Positions 49,501 through 58,118 of a stretch of 64,000 nucleotides of DNA are shown one piece after another. Under the pieces are notes generated by a model. That model had not been told where the DNA came from and did no database searches. It worked only from the letters and a program-made list of their open reading frames with translations. The stretch is from Chlamydiota bacterium. Lineage in GTDB: Bacteria > Chlamydiota > Chlamydiia > Chlamydiales > SM23-39. A program made the translations under genes and the position numbers. The stretch is taken from positions 1-64,000 of the forward strand of contig JBCAXK010000001.1 in NCBI GenBank assembly GCA_038534095.1, written 5' to 3'. The stretch's first letter is position 1. Every line of letters starts with the position of its first letter.

Positions 49501-51219
49501 TAAATCGTTTTTTGCAAAACTTTTCCCATCATCTACAATCTGAGCAATCCGTTGTCCATGGGCGTCGTATTCGTAAAAGGTTCTTCTAGAAAACTGCTTT
49601 TCTTTCTCTATCTTGGTTTGTAAAAGATTGGTACTGCTATCATAGTCATAAGCAATTTGCAAACCTGCACGCTTCTCTACAAGGAGTAAATTTTTTCCAT
49701 CATCCGAATAGATTTTCCTATGAGAACGGGACTCAGCGTTGTTAGGATCAGGGAGCCGGTCATACAAGTACATGGGAGGCGCTTGCCCGGAAATATTTCC
49801 ATATTCTCTCTTTTCTTGTACATTGCCTGCCTGATCGTAAAAATACCTTGTTGCTTTTAAACAGTTCCCTTCTGCGTCTACCCGGGCCTCTGCAAGAAGA
49901 TACCGCAGTTTACGTAAGCTGCCTAAGCTCTTTTTTTGCTCACTTGTCAGGTGCATTTCTGCTGCAAGCCTATTTAACGAAAATTTCGTATCCTCTCCCC
50001 AACAAAACAGATCTTTATGAGACAATATTTGTCGATCTGACTCTAAATAATAGTGTTCCACCGCATCTAAACGCAAAAAGGGATCGTAACGGTAGACCGT
50101 TTTGTTTCCCTCAGCATCGTAGACGTCCGTGTGTCCTTCAGTTTTTCCATAATTGCCAGGATAATATTCAAAAGAGCGGAGAATTTGTACGGTTCCGTCG
50201 GGCATTTTCCTGGCCAAGCTAACAGCTTTTTTGTGTGTTTTACCTTTGCTTCTACTGTAACGGAGTGTGGTCACATCTCCATTTGGAAGAGTGCGCTCAT
50301 GAATGAGCGCGGTGCCAGGATGATAGGTAAACGTCTTTTTCGGCTCTGTTGTGCTCACAATCGAATAAAGCTGCTTAGCTTCTGCATGTTTCGCGCGAAA
50401 GCTATAGGTGATGCTTTGTCCATCTGAGGTTTCTACTTGGACAATATCTTGCCCTTGCCCCCAAAAGTGGAAACGAATCCAAGCAAAGATGACCTCCCCT
50501 GTAGCGCTTTTGGACTGAATTTCACTCAAACGGATTGATCGAAGTGAGTCGTAGGTGTAACAAATACGGTTTTTATTCGGAAGGATCTCTTCTTCCAAAC
50601 GGTACGTAAAAGCTTCTCTTTGCCCCGCATTTTCTACCGAATCGAGAACCCTTCGGTATCTTCTTATATGTCCAGACGGAGCAGTGATGGTAAATCCCGT
50701 CCCTTTGTAATCCATTTGCAACTGATTGTAACGCGTTGCGTAGTACTTAGAAGGCTTTTTATATCCGTAATGGGCGAGATTGCGCAAAAAAACGACCGGG
50801 TCAACACAAAAATCTAAAATTTTTGATCCTTCTGATTTTCGTCGATACATATACTCTACAGGGATCAAATTCTTTTCTAAGACCTGGAGTCGCATGTTGT
50901 ATTCGTGTGCTTTACGACCTAAAGCATTTTCCGGATGTTTCCAAGTGCTTTTTGCGAATAGATACTGATTGGCAAACCACCCTTGAAACACCTGTTCCTC
51001 ATCAGAAAACGTACTGAAATGGCGCAAATCAAACTCGAGAGGCTCAGCTCCTTGCACAGTCACAAGTTCTTGCAAAACATAATCCCCTGTTATGGGATTG
51101 ACGCATCCGTCCACCGCAAAATCAGCATCTTGCTGATACGCAGAAAAAAATGCGGGAGTGGGACAAGACGCAAAGAGGGTAAAAACAGAAAAAAGGGTAC
51201 ATAGGCATAAAACGCGCAT
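46528..51219 (-). CDS. RHS/YD-repeat protein with signal peptide, lacking a C-terminal toxin domain
   Basis: VNPITGD plug motif, many YDxxGR repeats, core end NPWRFASSRVD...RYYSPEHGMWVTKNP, then only about 30 aa before the stop. Confidence 0.9.
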   Translation of the reverse strand: MRVLCLCTLFSVFTLFASCPTPAFFSAYQQDADFAVDGCVNPITGDYVLQELVTVQGAEPLEFDLRHFSTFSDEEQVFQGWFANQYLFAKSTWKHPENALGRKAHEYNMRLQVLEKNLIPVEYMYRRKSEGSKILDFCVDPVVFLRNLAHYGYKKPSKYYATRYNQLQMDYKGTGFTITAPSGHIRRYRRVLDSVENAGQREAFTYRLEEEILPNKNRICYTYDSLRSIRLSEIQSKSATGEVIFAWIRFHFWGQGQDIVQVETSDGQSITYSFRAKHAEAKQLYSIVSTTEPKKTFTYHPGTALIHERTLPNGDVTTLRYSRSKGKTHKKAVSLARKMPDGTVQILRSFEYYPGNYGKTEGHTDVYDAEGNKTVYRYDPFLRLDAVEHYYLESDRQILSHKDLFCWGEDTKFSLNRLAAEMHLTSEQKKSLGSLRKLRYLLAEARVDAEGNCLKATRYFYDQAGNVQEKREYGNISGQAPPMYLYDRLPDPNNAESRSHRKIYSDDGKNLLLVEKRAGLQIAYDYDSSTNLLQTKIEKEKQFSRRTFYEYDAHGQRIAQIVDDGKSFAKNDLDGVTQRQITKYLLRTEAPFIGIVDIKEHWYYDAKNQQDVFSGKETFQYNHLGKVTKKAVYDATGAYCYAEKVAYDEKGLLKRESNALYANMVFHDEHHRRIGEEEIQGKRKTLRSFNSLGQVILKETISDEEETHHERFSYDLLGRMIKKKNYLGQVENYQYNRLGQMVKRITPAVSTKSGVVRRPTYTSHYDSYGRLIEEWFEKKQETAMTYTLDDQLASIEYADGTKELRTYDSAGRLQSITNALGVVTRYAYDGFGRCLSEQVVSPTGKVLQERRKTYDAFHLLSETDEEGNPILYTYDFSGKKVGKKMGQNIEFYEYDPLGRLTKVRHHNTGTQFHEEYTRDFLGRVIEKSIQEDYPRNRILFRESYRYDPMDCCINTVSYVNNAPSLTTRAYDGFLRLTHTIDPEGRRTDYFYEKHQLENGLILEEQTRKNPSGIEVVELRDALGRLVSSKKRHGESLLEEDAYFYDFRGNLIEHAETLFTPMGEKRVTKNAYEYNTMNQIQSLIEFADSELERQYYYTYTPTGKLFETFKPDGVAITRNYDFQDRLTRLFSSDGTVDYTYFYDAYGRSLGCQDHLTGQKTARVYNREGRLAKEILENGLFLQFDYNSMGQKTEISLPDTSRVVYKYDPIYLSSISRYDHYGEKVFSHQCLQYDLAGNVLRERSSFDTLYQYDQGGRLIEKSQEKFRQKILATGPSGAIETLETTIYGHKEEDLFLYDPLGHPLQESGIVSKDYSDWIRKPLWGQDLGEKEHHQEIGKGTRIKLIYDKNGNLCSEILGNKTILYTYDALDRLICYAIEDKFNIHYDYDGYHRRIGMSVFEPDETHWKKKYDTQFLYDGELEIGRYQKGSLVEMRVLKNPDVSPFPRMICLELYDEIYYPLQDFFGNTVGLLGENLALVEQSNFTLFGEEINVLDVPWINPWRFASSRVDSYSNKVYYKNRYYSPEHGMWVTKNPKRYYENPLEALSAEISRVSINQSQSPSCSSR

Positions 51220-51543
51220 AAATATTCCTTAAGAAGAAAAAAATTTTTGAAAAATGTAAAAGAAAACTAGGAAAACATCAAGAAAAACTCCTAGAAGATG
51301 TGACCATTTTGCTTTGTCCCACGCTGAGAAATTCTGGGTAAAAACCGCTCTACATCGCTAGATTGTGAGCCACGATCCTGCAAAATTAGGATGGAAAGTC
51401 AACTGATGAGACATGGAACGCTCTTCCCCCTTTGGAAGCCTCTCTTCAAAAAGCTTTCGACTTACGCAACGCAAAGAACAGACCTTACTTTGTCATACGG
51501 CGTTTGTTGATGACGCTTGGCAACCACTTTCTCTCCTCACTCT

Positions 51544-52002
51544 TTAGAGGAGCTTCTTTCTTGATGGTGAATCAGTGTCTCTTTCATTGCGCACTTTTCC
51601 GATTTCAAGATCAGGCTGACTAGCAACGCTGTTTTGGTTATCCCCCTTTTGAAAAGCCCCCTGACTAAATGACGAAATGGCTCGAAGAAATAAAAGTATG
51701 CAGTCTGCGTAAATCAGGACTTTTGAGAAGATATGGAACACTTCCAATACGCCCCTAGACAGCAAAAGATACCAGCTCGTCTTATTTTGATTAGCGATTT
51801 CTGCAAGCAAGTGATATACGGAAAAAACTAGGCGAGCTATCCCCACGATCCATTTGATACAAGGGAGATGAGAAAGAGCGTTTCCAATGTTGATAAAGAC
51901 CCTGCGATGGTTTTTCTCAAGAGGATCGAAAGAACTACTTAGACCATAAAATCCGTGAAAATAGGTCCACTCACTAAAAGACTGTTGTACATGAAACGGC
52001 AA
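51544..52002 (-). CDS. Hypothetical membrane protein (Inc-like hydrophobic hairpin)
   Basis: TTG start with AAGGGG upstream; LPCIKWIVGIARLVF...LSRGVLEVF pattern resembles the 19080-19565 protein. Confidence 0.6.
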   Translation of the reverse strand: MPFHVQQSFSEWTYFHGFYGLSSSFDPLEKNHRRVFINIGNALSHLPCIKWIVGIARLVFSVYHLLAEIANQNKTSWYLLLSRGVLEVFHIFSKVLIYADCILLFLRAISSFSQGAFQKGDNQNSVASQPDLEIGKVRNERDTDSPSRKKLL

Positions 52003-52622
52003 TCAAACTGCCCCTTAGTTGGTATCGTATTTTCAAGAATCTTATTATAGTTGGGTCATTTGCTCAAGAAATTTTGCGTAGCAAGCCCCCTCTTTTTCGA
52101 AAAAACCGTTGCAGCGGGAATAGGTTGTTTGGATTCCCGAAATATTTGCGCAAAGAATTGCAAAAACAGAATCGATTGCCCACAAAATCACCCCGCATCA
52201 AAGCCTTTTGCCCTTTTATGCCCGAAGATGTAGCTGCATTAAGGCTATCTACGGACGGTTGTTCCCACTTGTGCTTGTGCTGTCTTTCGGCTCTCTTACT
52301 GGTAGACTGTAGCATAGAACGATCTTGCAGAAGGCAAAAACTTTTTGAGAAAAAATGCGAAGAAAAAAACAATGCTTGGATCTTTGTAAAAAATAGAAGA
52401 GAATAATTTTTGAAAAAATATTCTTCAGCGCCTATTTAGGAGCAGATCGAATCGCTTGAGGGAACCTCGGCACACTTAAAGCCAAGATTCTTCGAAGCTT
52501 CCTTGCTATTATGAATCAGGGAATGTTTTCTTAGCCTACCTTCGCTGATCCTACTTTAAGTAGAACTGCCTAGTTGCTGGATGTTTGTAAATCTTATATC
52601 GTATTCAAAAAGGAACGTATGT

Positions 52623-53708
52623 ATGGACATTTTCGTTGTTTTTCTTTTCATCATCAATTCTTTATGGTGTTTTGAAAACATTTCCCCTCCCTACATCGAG
52701 GAGCTAGGTCAGAGCGCATGGTATCAAAATGAACAGATAGATTCTGATCAATACGCAGATCTACCCGAAGCGCTTATTGCCCCAGGCCGTTTCTTGCACA
52801 TCTCTGCTGAAGGTCGCTTTCTCTACTGGGAGGCGCGTGAGGAAGGGTTAGCCCTCGGAAAAATCAAACCGAGTCAAAAAAGCCTCGACAATGAAGTACT
52901 CCAACAAGATTACGCTTTCAAACCAGGCTTCAATCTATCCCTGATGTTCCAGTTGAGTCGTAGCAATTGGGATACAACTTTTTCGTATACACAGTTTGAC
53001 TCTATGATCCATACAAAAATACAGGGAAAAAATACGGAGGTGATTCTTTCTCCTTTTTTTGATCCTATTATCGAACTCGAGCGACTTGAATCTGATTGGA
53101 CACTAAAACTCACTCTTTTAGACACAGAACTTGGAAAAACCTGCTTTTTGGGTGAGCACTTTTTCTATAGACCCTTCATCGGCCTACGCTTCTATTTGCT
53201 CAACCAAAAACTTTTTTTAGATGGTTATCCGTTTCCTGTAGGGCTCTTTATGAATCCCGCATTAGCAAGCGTCACATTCTATTCACAAACAGCCAACCAC
53301 TGGTCCCGATCTCATTCTCTTGGTCCCCGGGTAGGGACAGATTTGGACTTTCTTTTGGGTTACGGGCTGCAAGCCCATTGCAACGTCGCTTCCTCTATTG
53401 TCTATTTTAACTACGACGCCTCTGCCCAACGATCGATCGATCTTGAAGAAGACATAGAAACAAAAATCACGATAAACAATGACGCTTTTCTGAGAGCTCT
53501 TAGCGAAATTTCTACAGGACTTTCCTTTGGAGGACATCTATTTCACGAGCAATTGTACGTAGATGTTGGGATCTTTTTTGACGCAAAAGTATTTTCTGGA
53601 CACAATCCATTTTCCGATTTGCTGCGCAACCTTTCCAATCAGATCAATGGGTATTACGGCAATCTCTACTTTTGGGGACTATCTTGCGCTCTTCGATCAG
53701 AATTTTAA
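52623..53708 (+). CDS. MOMP-like / Lpg1974-family outer-membrane porin
   Basis: Signal-like N-terminus (likely start MDIFVV at 52623), FLYWEAREEGL, FKPGF, RPFIGLR, GPRVG and terminal Phe. Confidence 0.75.
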   Translation: MDIFVVFLFIINSLWCFENISPPYIEELGQSAWYQNEQIDSDQYADLPEALIAPGRFLHISAEGRFLYWEAREEGLALGKIKPSQKSLDNEVLQQDYAFKPGFNLSLMFQLSRSNWDTTFSYTQFDSMIHTKIQGKNTEVILSPFFDPIIELERLESDWTLKLTLLDTELGKTCFLGEHFFYRPFIGLRFYLLNQKLFLDGYPFPVGLFMNPALASVTFYSQTANHWSRSHSLGPRVGTDLDFLLGYGLQAHCNVASSIVYFNYDASAQRSIDLEEDIETKITINNDAFLRALSEISTGLSFGGHLFHEQLYVDVGIFFDAKVFSGHNPFSDLLRNLSNQINGYYGNLYFWGLSCALRSEF

Positions 53709-53723
53709 TTAGGCTACGTATTT

Positions 53724-54554
53724 GTGAGGCATTTGTACTATTTTTCTCTGTTTTTCCTCCCCTTTTCTATAGAAGCCATCCAGCAAGTTTCTTTAGAGAT
53801 TGGATACGCGCATACAGACTGTTCTTTTGGGTTTTCTCAGACCTTGTTTCAACAAATTGAAGAGGATTGGCATGATGTAAGTAGCGTAATTACTGGTTTA
53901 GAGTACTCTTATAAAGAGCCAGACTACATCGAATCAAGAACAGCTGTTACTTACAGCAATACGCTCTCTGATCATGGCTCTTGCTTCTTAAAAACAGGAT
54001 TGCCTGAGGAAGCTAGCGCCACTTTTTCTCACAAGCTCCGAGGATACAGCTATAGCCTCGAGGAGAGGCTTGGATACCCCTTTCGCTTAGGAGCTATTTA
54101 CTGGTCTCCACTTGCTGGCTTCTTTTTTGAATCGATTTGCTGGAAGCGCAAAAATCTTTCGAAAAAGATGTCGAGCGCAGGTACATTCTTTCCCCAGAAA
54201 CGTATTCACGTGCGCAACATCATGCCACTTGTGGGCTTAAACGTATCGTATCAGCCATGGAGAAGCGCTTCTTTCCTCATCGATGGATCCTACGCTTATC
54301 AATTTGGTGCGATGCGACTAGAATCTTCCTATGAAAGAAACGGCAACACTACCAAAGAAAAGGTGGAAGAGTTTTCAGGGATTCATGATGCAACAATTCG
54401 GGGACTGCTGCGCATCAGTCATTATGCCTATATTGGAATTGCAGGAAGTTACCGAAAGCAAAAAGCGAAAGAGAAAACTCTTTCGCGAGGAAAATTTACA
54501 GGAATGACAAGAGAGGTGCTTGCCATAAAAACAAGCCTCTCGTTTGTGTTTTAA
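53724..54554 (+). CDS. Putative outer-membrane beta-barrel protein
   Basis: Signal peptide (MRHLYYFSLFFLPFSIEA), amphipathic strands, C-terminal SLSFVF beta-signal-like end. Confidence 0.6.
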   Translation: MRHLYYFSLFFLPFSIEAIQQVSLEIGYAHTDCSFGFSQTLFQQIEEDWHDVSSVITGLEYSYKEPDYIESRTAVTYSNTLSDHGSCFLKTGLPEEASATFSHKLRGYSYSLEERLGYPFRLGAIYWSPLAGFFFESICWKRKNLSKKMSSAGTFFPQKRIHVRNIMPLVGLNVSYQPWRSASFLIDGSYAYQFGAMRLESSYERNGNTTKEKVEEFSGIHDATIRGLLRISHYAYIGIAGSYRKQKAKEKTLSRGKFTGMTREVLAIKTSLSFVF

Positions 54555-54952
54555 CGCTTGGAGAATTGGAAACGCTTACGAGCTCCTGCAAGCCCATATT
54601 TTTTACGCTCTTTCTTCCTAGGATCTCTTGTAAGGTAGTTGAGATCTTTGAGTACTTTTCTAAAGTCCTCGTTCCACTCAACAAGAGCCCTTGCAATCCC
54701 TAAGCGCGTTGCTACGGCTTGCGCTTCTAAGCCTCCGCCCTTTACCCGAATCACTGCGTCATATTCACTATCAACAGACATTTTGATGAGAGGGGCCTTT
54801 AGAGTATCTTGCATGTAAGACGCTTTGAAATAGTCTTTACACTCCTTCCCGTTGACACGAATTTTTCCGCTTCCCTTCCTAAGTCGTACAGAGGCTACAG
54901 CGGTTTTTCTTCTACCAACGCCAATATTTTCTTCTAATAATTTCTTTGCCAT
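54551..54952 (-). CDS. rpsI: 30S ribosomal protein S9
   Basis: GRRKTAVASV, VKGGG and ERKKYGLAGARKRFQFSKR. Confidence 0.98.
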   Translation of the reverse strand: MAKKLLEENIGVGRRKTAVASVRLRKGSGKIRVNGKECKDYFKASYMQDTLKAPLIKMSVDSEYDAVIRVKGGGLEAQAVATRLGIARALVEWNEDFRKVLKDLNYLTRDPRKKERKKYGLAGARKRFQFSKR

Positions 54953-54961
54953 ATCTTCTTC

Positions 54962-55402
54962 TTAAATGTTTACTTTGATCGGTTGTTGGGCTTGCATATT
55001 ATGCTCACCACCCTTAAATACATGCATCTTTTTGATTTGAGCTCTTCCCAATTTTGTTTTCGGTAGCATCCCTTTAACAGCATGTTCAAGAATGTATTCG
55101 GGCTTTTTCTGCAGCATCACTGCGTAAGGGATTTCTTTCAACTGCCCTACATGTCCCGAGTGTCTATAATAGTTTTTTTGCGCTTTTTTATTACCAGTAA
55201 CGAGAATCTCTTCCACGTTAATCACGATCACGCCATCACCTGTATCTTGGTTAGGAGTGAAGTTTGGTTTATGCTTTCCTCGAAGGACTTTTGCAATCTC
55301 AGAGGCAAAGCGGCCTAAAGTTTTCCCTTTAGCATCAAAAAGATACCACTTACGTTCTTTGATCGCCTCTTCTTTACTAACAAATTTTGTTTTATCTTTC
55401 AT
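54962..55402 (-). CDS. rplM: 50S ribosomal protein L13
   Basis: WYLFDAKGKTLGR, LRGKHKP and AVKGMLPK; start MKDK at 55402. Confidence 0.97.
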   Translation of the reverse strand: MKDKTKFVSKEEAIKERKWYLFDAKGKTLGRFASEIAKVLRGKHKPNFTPNQDTGDGVIVINVEEILVTGNKKAQKNYYRHSGHVGQLKEIPYAVMLQKKPEYILEHAVKGMLPKTKLGRAQIKKMHVFKGGEHNMQAQQPIKVNI

Positions 55403-55691
55403 TGTTTTACAGTTCCAATAACACACTATGATAAGCAATCATAAAAAAGCAGAAGTTTTTTTTCAAAGCTTTTCCAAGGGAATTTCTACCCCTCTCAAGT
55501 TTTTATCCTCTAAAAGATCTACAGCTTCTCCTAACCACGCTTCAGATGGTTCAGAGAGAGCTAGAAAAGATCAAACAGATTTTTGATCAAAACAAGATTT
55601 TTTATAAAGAAAGATTGTTTGTTTCCTCGTAGGTTTTGATTGAAAAAATGTCTTTAACTATTTTTGGCAAGAGATGGATCTGACCCCTTTC

Positions 55692-55997
55692 CTCAACTAT
55701 TTTTTATAAAAATACGCAATAAAGGAGAAAGAGACAGTTCAATGCATCCAACCAGACAAATGAAATCAACGTTTCACTGATGACGATCTTTGATAAGGCA
55801 TATGGAATATTGCTGTAAGAATCCCCCGTGTTTTTCCTCGTGGGTAATTTGTTCCCCCTTAATGAGATTTCGTAACTTTTCGCTGAGTGTTTTTTCTGAT
55901 CTACTCGATAAATTTTTAAACTGCCACGAATGGACTGTAACCCGATTTCGCAATTTCTCTTCACAAATAAAAAGACGTTCCTGTTGCCAAGATCCAT
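55692..55997. repeat. Diverged ~300-bp direct repeat, copy 1
   Basis: Aligns colinearly with 56561-56863; shares the identical block atgacgatctttgataaggcatatggaatatt plus ttctgatctactc and cttcacaaataaaaa. Confidence 0.9.
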
Positions 55998-56121
55998 CTG
56001 AGCAACAAAACCTCAAGTTAAAAACCGTTATCACTTTCTGCGTTAATGGGTCCCTTCCCCAGATAACCGGCTTTTCCTGATTTATGTTATAGGAACCTAA
56101 TCCAGCTCTTGCATCTTGAAG

Positions 56122-56400
56122 CTATTTGTGCACGTTAGGAGAATAATTCTCTTGATTGAGCGTATGTCCTGCTGCACTTAAAGCCTCCTTGAAAAAGAGT
56201 GGCAAATTGGCATAAGGATCGTTAGAAGAGCGCAGATAACTATTTGGGTTCTTGCTGAAACATTTTCTTGCAACCTTCGATACAATGTTTGTGATAAAGG
56301 CTATTCCAGCAAATACTGCAAACACCTTAAGACCATAAAACATGTCGTAAGTATCTTTTGGATGAAATTGCTTTGAATGAACGGATACGTTGAAGGCCAT
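56122..56400 (-). CDS. Orphan 92-aa protein with one TM helix
   Basis: GAGAG upstream of ATG; hydrophobic segment YGLKVFAVFAGIAFITNIV; lies between the two repeat copies. Confidence 0.55.
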   Translation of the reverse strand: MAFNVSVHSKQFHPKDTYDMFYGLKVFAVFAGIAFITNIVSKVARKCFSKNPNSYLRSSNDPYANLPLFFKEALSAAGHTLNQENYSPNVHK

Positions 56401-56560
56401 GTCTCTCTCATTAAAGAAATTTAGAAAAATATTTTTACTCGAAATGGGATAAAACTGCAGTGTTTTTTTATTGCGAGATGAGAGTCAGTGCCTTTTATCT
56501 CCCATTATGTAAAAAAACGAGCAAATCCCCGATTTTCCTAAAAGCTTGTTCCAGCCTTTT

Positions 56561-56863
56561 TTAAAGTATTTTTGGTAAAAATATGCAGCAAGGGAGAAGT
56601 AGCCGGTTCAATGCATCAAATCGCCCAAATGAAAGTAGCGTTTCACGCATGACGATCTTTGATAAGGCATATGGAATATTTCTCTGAGAATCTCCAGAAT
56701 TTTTCCTCATGAGTACTTTCTTGCCTCTTGATGAGGTTTTGTAACTTTTTGCTGAGTTTTTTTCTGATCTACTCAATGAACTTTGAAACTGCGATGAATG
56801 AATGGGAAATCGATCTCGCAATATCCCTTCACAAATAAAAACGCCTCTCTTCACAAATTCCAT
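56561..56863. repeat. Diverged ~300-bp direct repeat, copy 2
   Basis: Colinear with 55692-55997, with scattered substitutions and small indels. Confidence 0.9.
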
Positions 56864-56922
56864 AGAAAACGCTAAGCAAGATCGATTTTTACAAACGTTT
56901 TGTAGCTTTTAAAAAGCATTTG

Positions 56923-57768
56923 TCAACAGGAATGTCTCGAAAAGATTACGTGAACTATGCGCTCATCAGTCGTTGTACTACGTTGAGCCTGCGGCGAAGA
57001 AGGTATTCCGTATTCAGTCCTAGACGGAGAACTGGAAACCAGCTTCAACTGAGGTGCGACGTATTGAGCACCAGGTTGAGGATTGAGAGCCAATGCCAAA
57101 GGAATTGTAGAATGTCCAGCGATAGGTTGAGGATTTGGAGGCAGTGTCAACTGATGTGTAGGATATTGAGTCATACCCTGAGTACACGGACATTGAGAGG
57201 TGGGATGTTGAGCGATAGGTTGACGATTGGAATTAGATCCTAAAAGATCGGGATCAGGTTCTAACTCAGGCATTTCATCGTAATTTTCCTCGGTAGAGAG
57301 GAGGGCTGTATTTTGCTGCTTTTGAGTAGTAACTAGACTCTTCGAAGCTCTAGGATCAGCTTCTAAAGCAGACATGCCATGGGATTTTTGCGTGGAAGGA
57401 ACTGAGGATGTTTTTTCCTCCTGTTTATTAGTCGTTGGATCGGTTCTTGTCCGTTTGTTGGGTTGTTCTTCGCTTTTTGAAACACCTGATTGCTTGTTTG
57501 CGAAGTAGGCTTCTGTACCATCAGACAAGCGGAACGACCGTTTTTTTATTATTAAGGCAGGGCGGTATCGGTGTAAGCCGAAATGTAGAATTGTTTCTAT
57601 TTTTCGAGCTTGTCTTAACATCTCCGGATTTGTGGGTCCGTGCAGTGCCGATGCGATGTCTAGATCAGAATCTTTCGCTAGATTAGTCGGAACACTCATG
57701 GGCATAGTCTCTCTAGGAGTAGTTTGGTAATAATTTGTATTGAGATGGATAGGGGGGGTGGAACTCAT
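56923..57768 (-). CDS. Orphan P/Q/S/T-rich disordered protein (effector candidate)
   Basis: Likely start MSSTPP at 57768; degenerate NPQPxAQ repeats; no signal peptide. Confidence 0.65.
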   Translation of the reverse strand: MSSTPPIHLNTNYYQTTPRETMPMSVPTNLAKDSDLDIASALHGPTNPEMLRQARKIETILHFGLHRYRPALIIKKRSFRLSDGTEAYFANKQSGVSKSEEQPNKRTRTDPTTNKQEEKTSSVPSTQKSHGMSALEADPRASKSLVTTQKQQNTALLSTEENYDEMPELEPDPDLLGSNSNRQPIAQHPTSQCPCTQGMTQYPTHQLTLPPNPQPIAGHSTIPLALALNPQPGAQYVAPQLKLVSSSPSRTEYGIPSSPQAQRSTTTDERIVHVIFSRHSC

Positions 57769-58118
57769 TGCACTGTAATTGTTGATTTTTATGAGAATGA
57801 TCATAGCATCTAGTCAAAGTTATTTTCTAAAGTTTTTTATTGGCGTAAAATATTAAAATAATTCTTCCAGATGACATTTCCGTAAAAACATTGTTTCTTC
57901 TGGTGAGATCGTTATTTTTAGTGAAGACTAAATTTCTAACACAACGCTTAGCCATAAAAACATTGTTTAGAAGAGTTTGTGTATGACAGCAAAAAAATGC
58001 CCCAATAGATGCGAGAAAAAAAATCCTTTAAAGAGCCTAGAAGAGAAACTCTAGGCCGTTTTTTTCTTACTATGGTATGCTTCCTTAGAAACCTTTGGAA
58101 AATTCTTAGAATACATTT

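Noticed and set aside
52051..52406. Overlapping 60-110-aa ORFs on both strands
   Set aside because: Mutually overlapping, with no motifs or RBS; probably chance ORFs
55692..56863. CRISPR array or IS element explaining the repeats
   Set aside because: Only two long diverged copies; no short regularly spaced repeats, cas genes, terminal inverted repeats or transposase motifs
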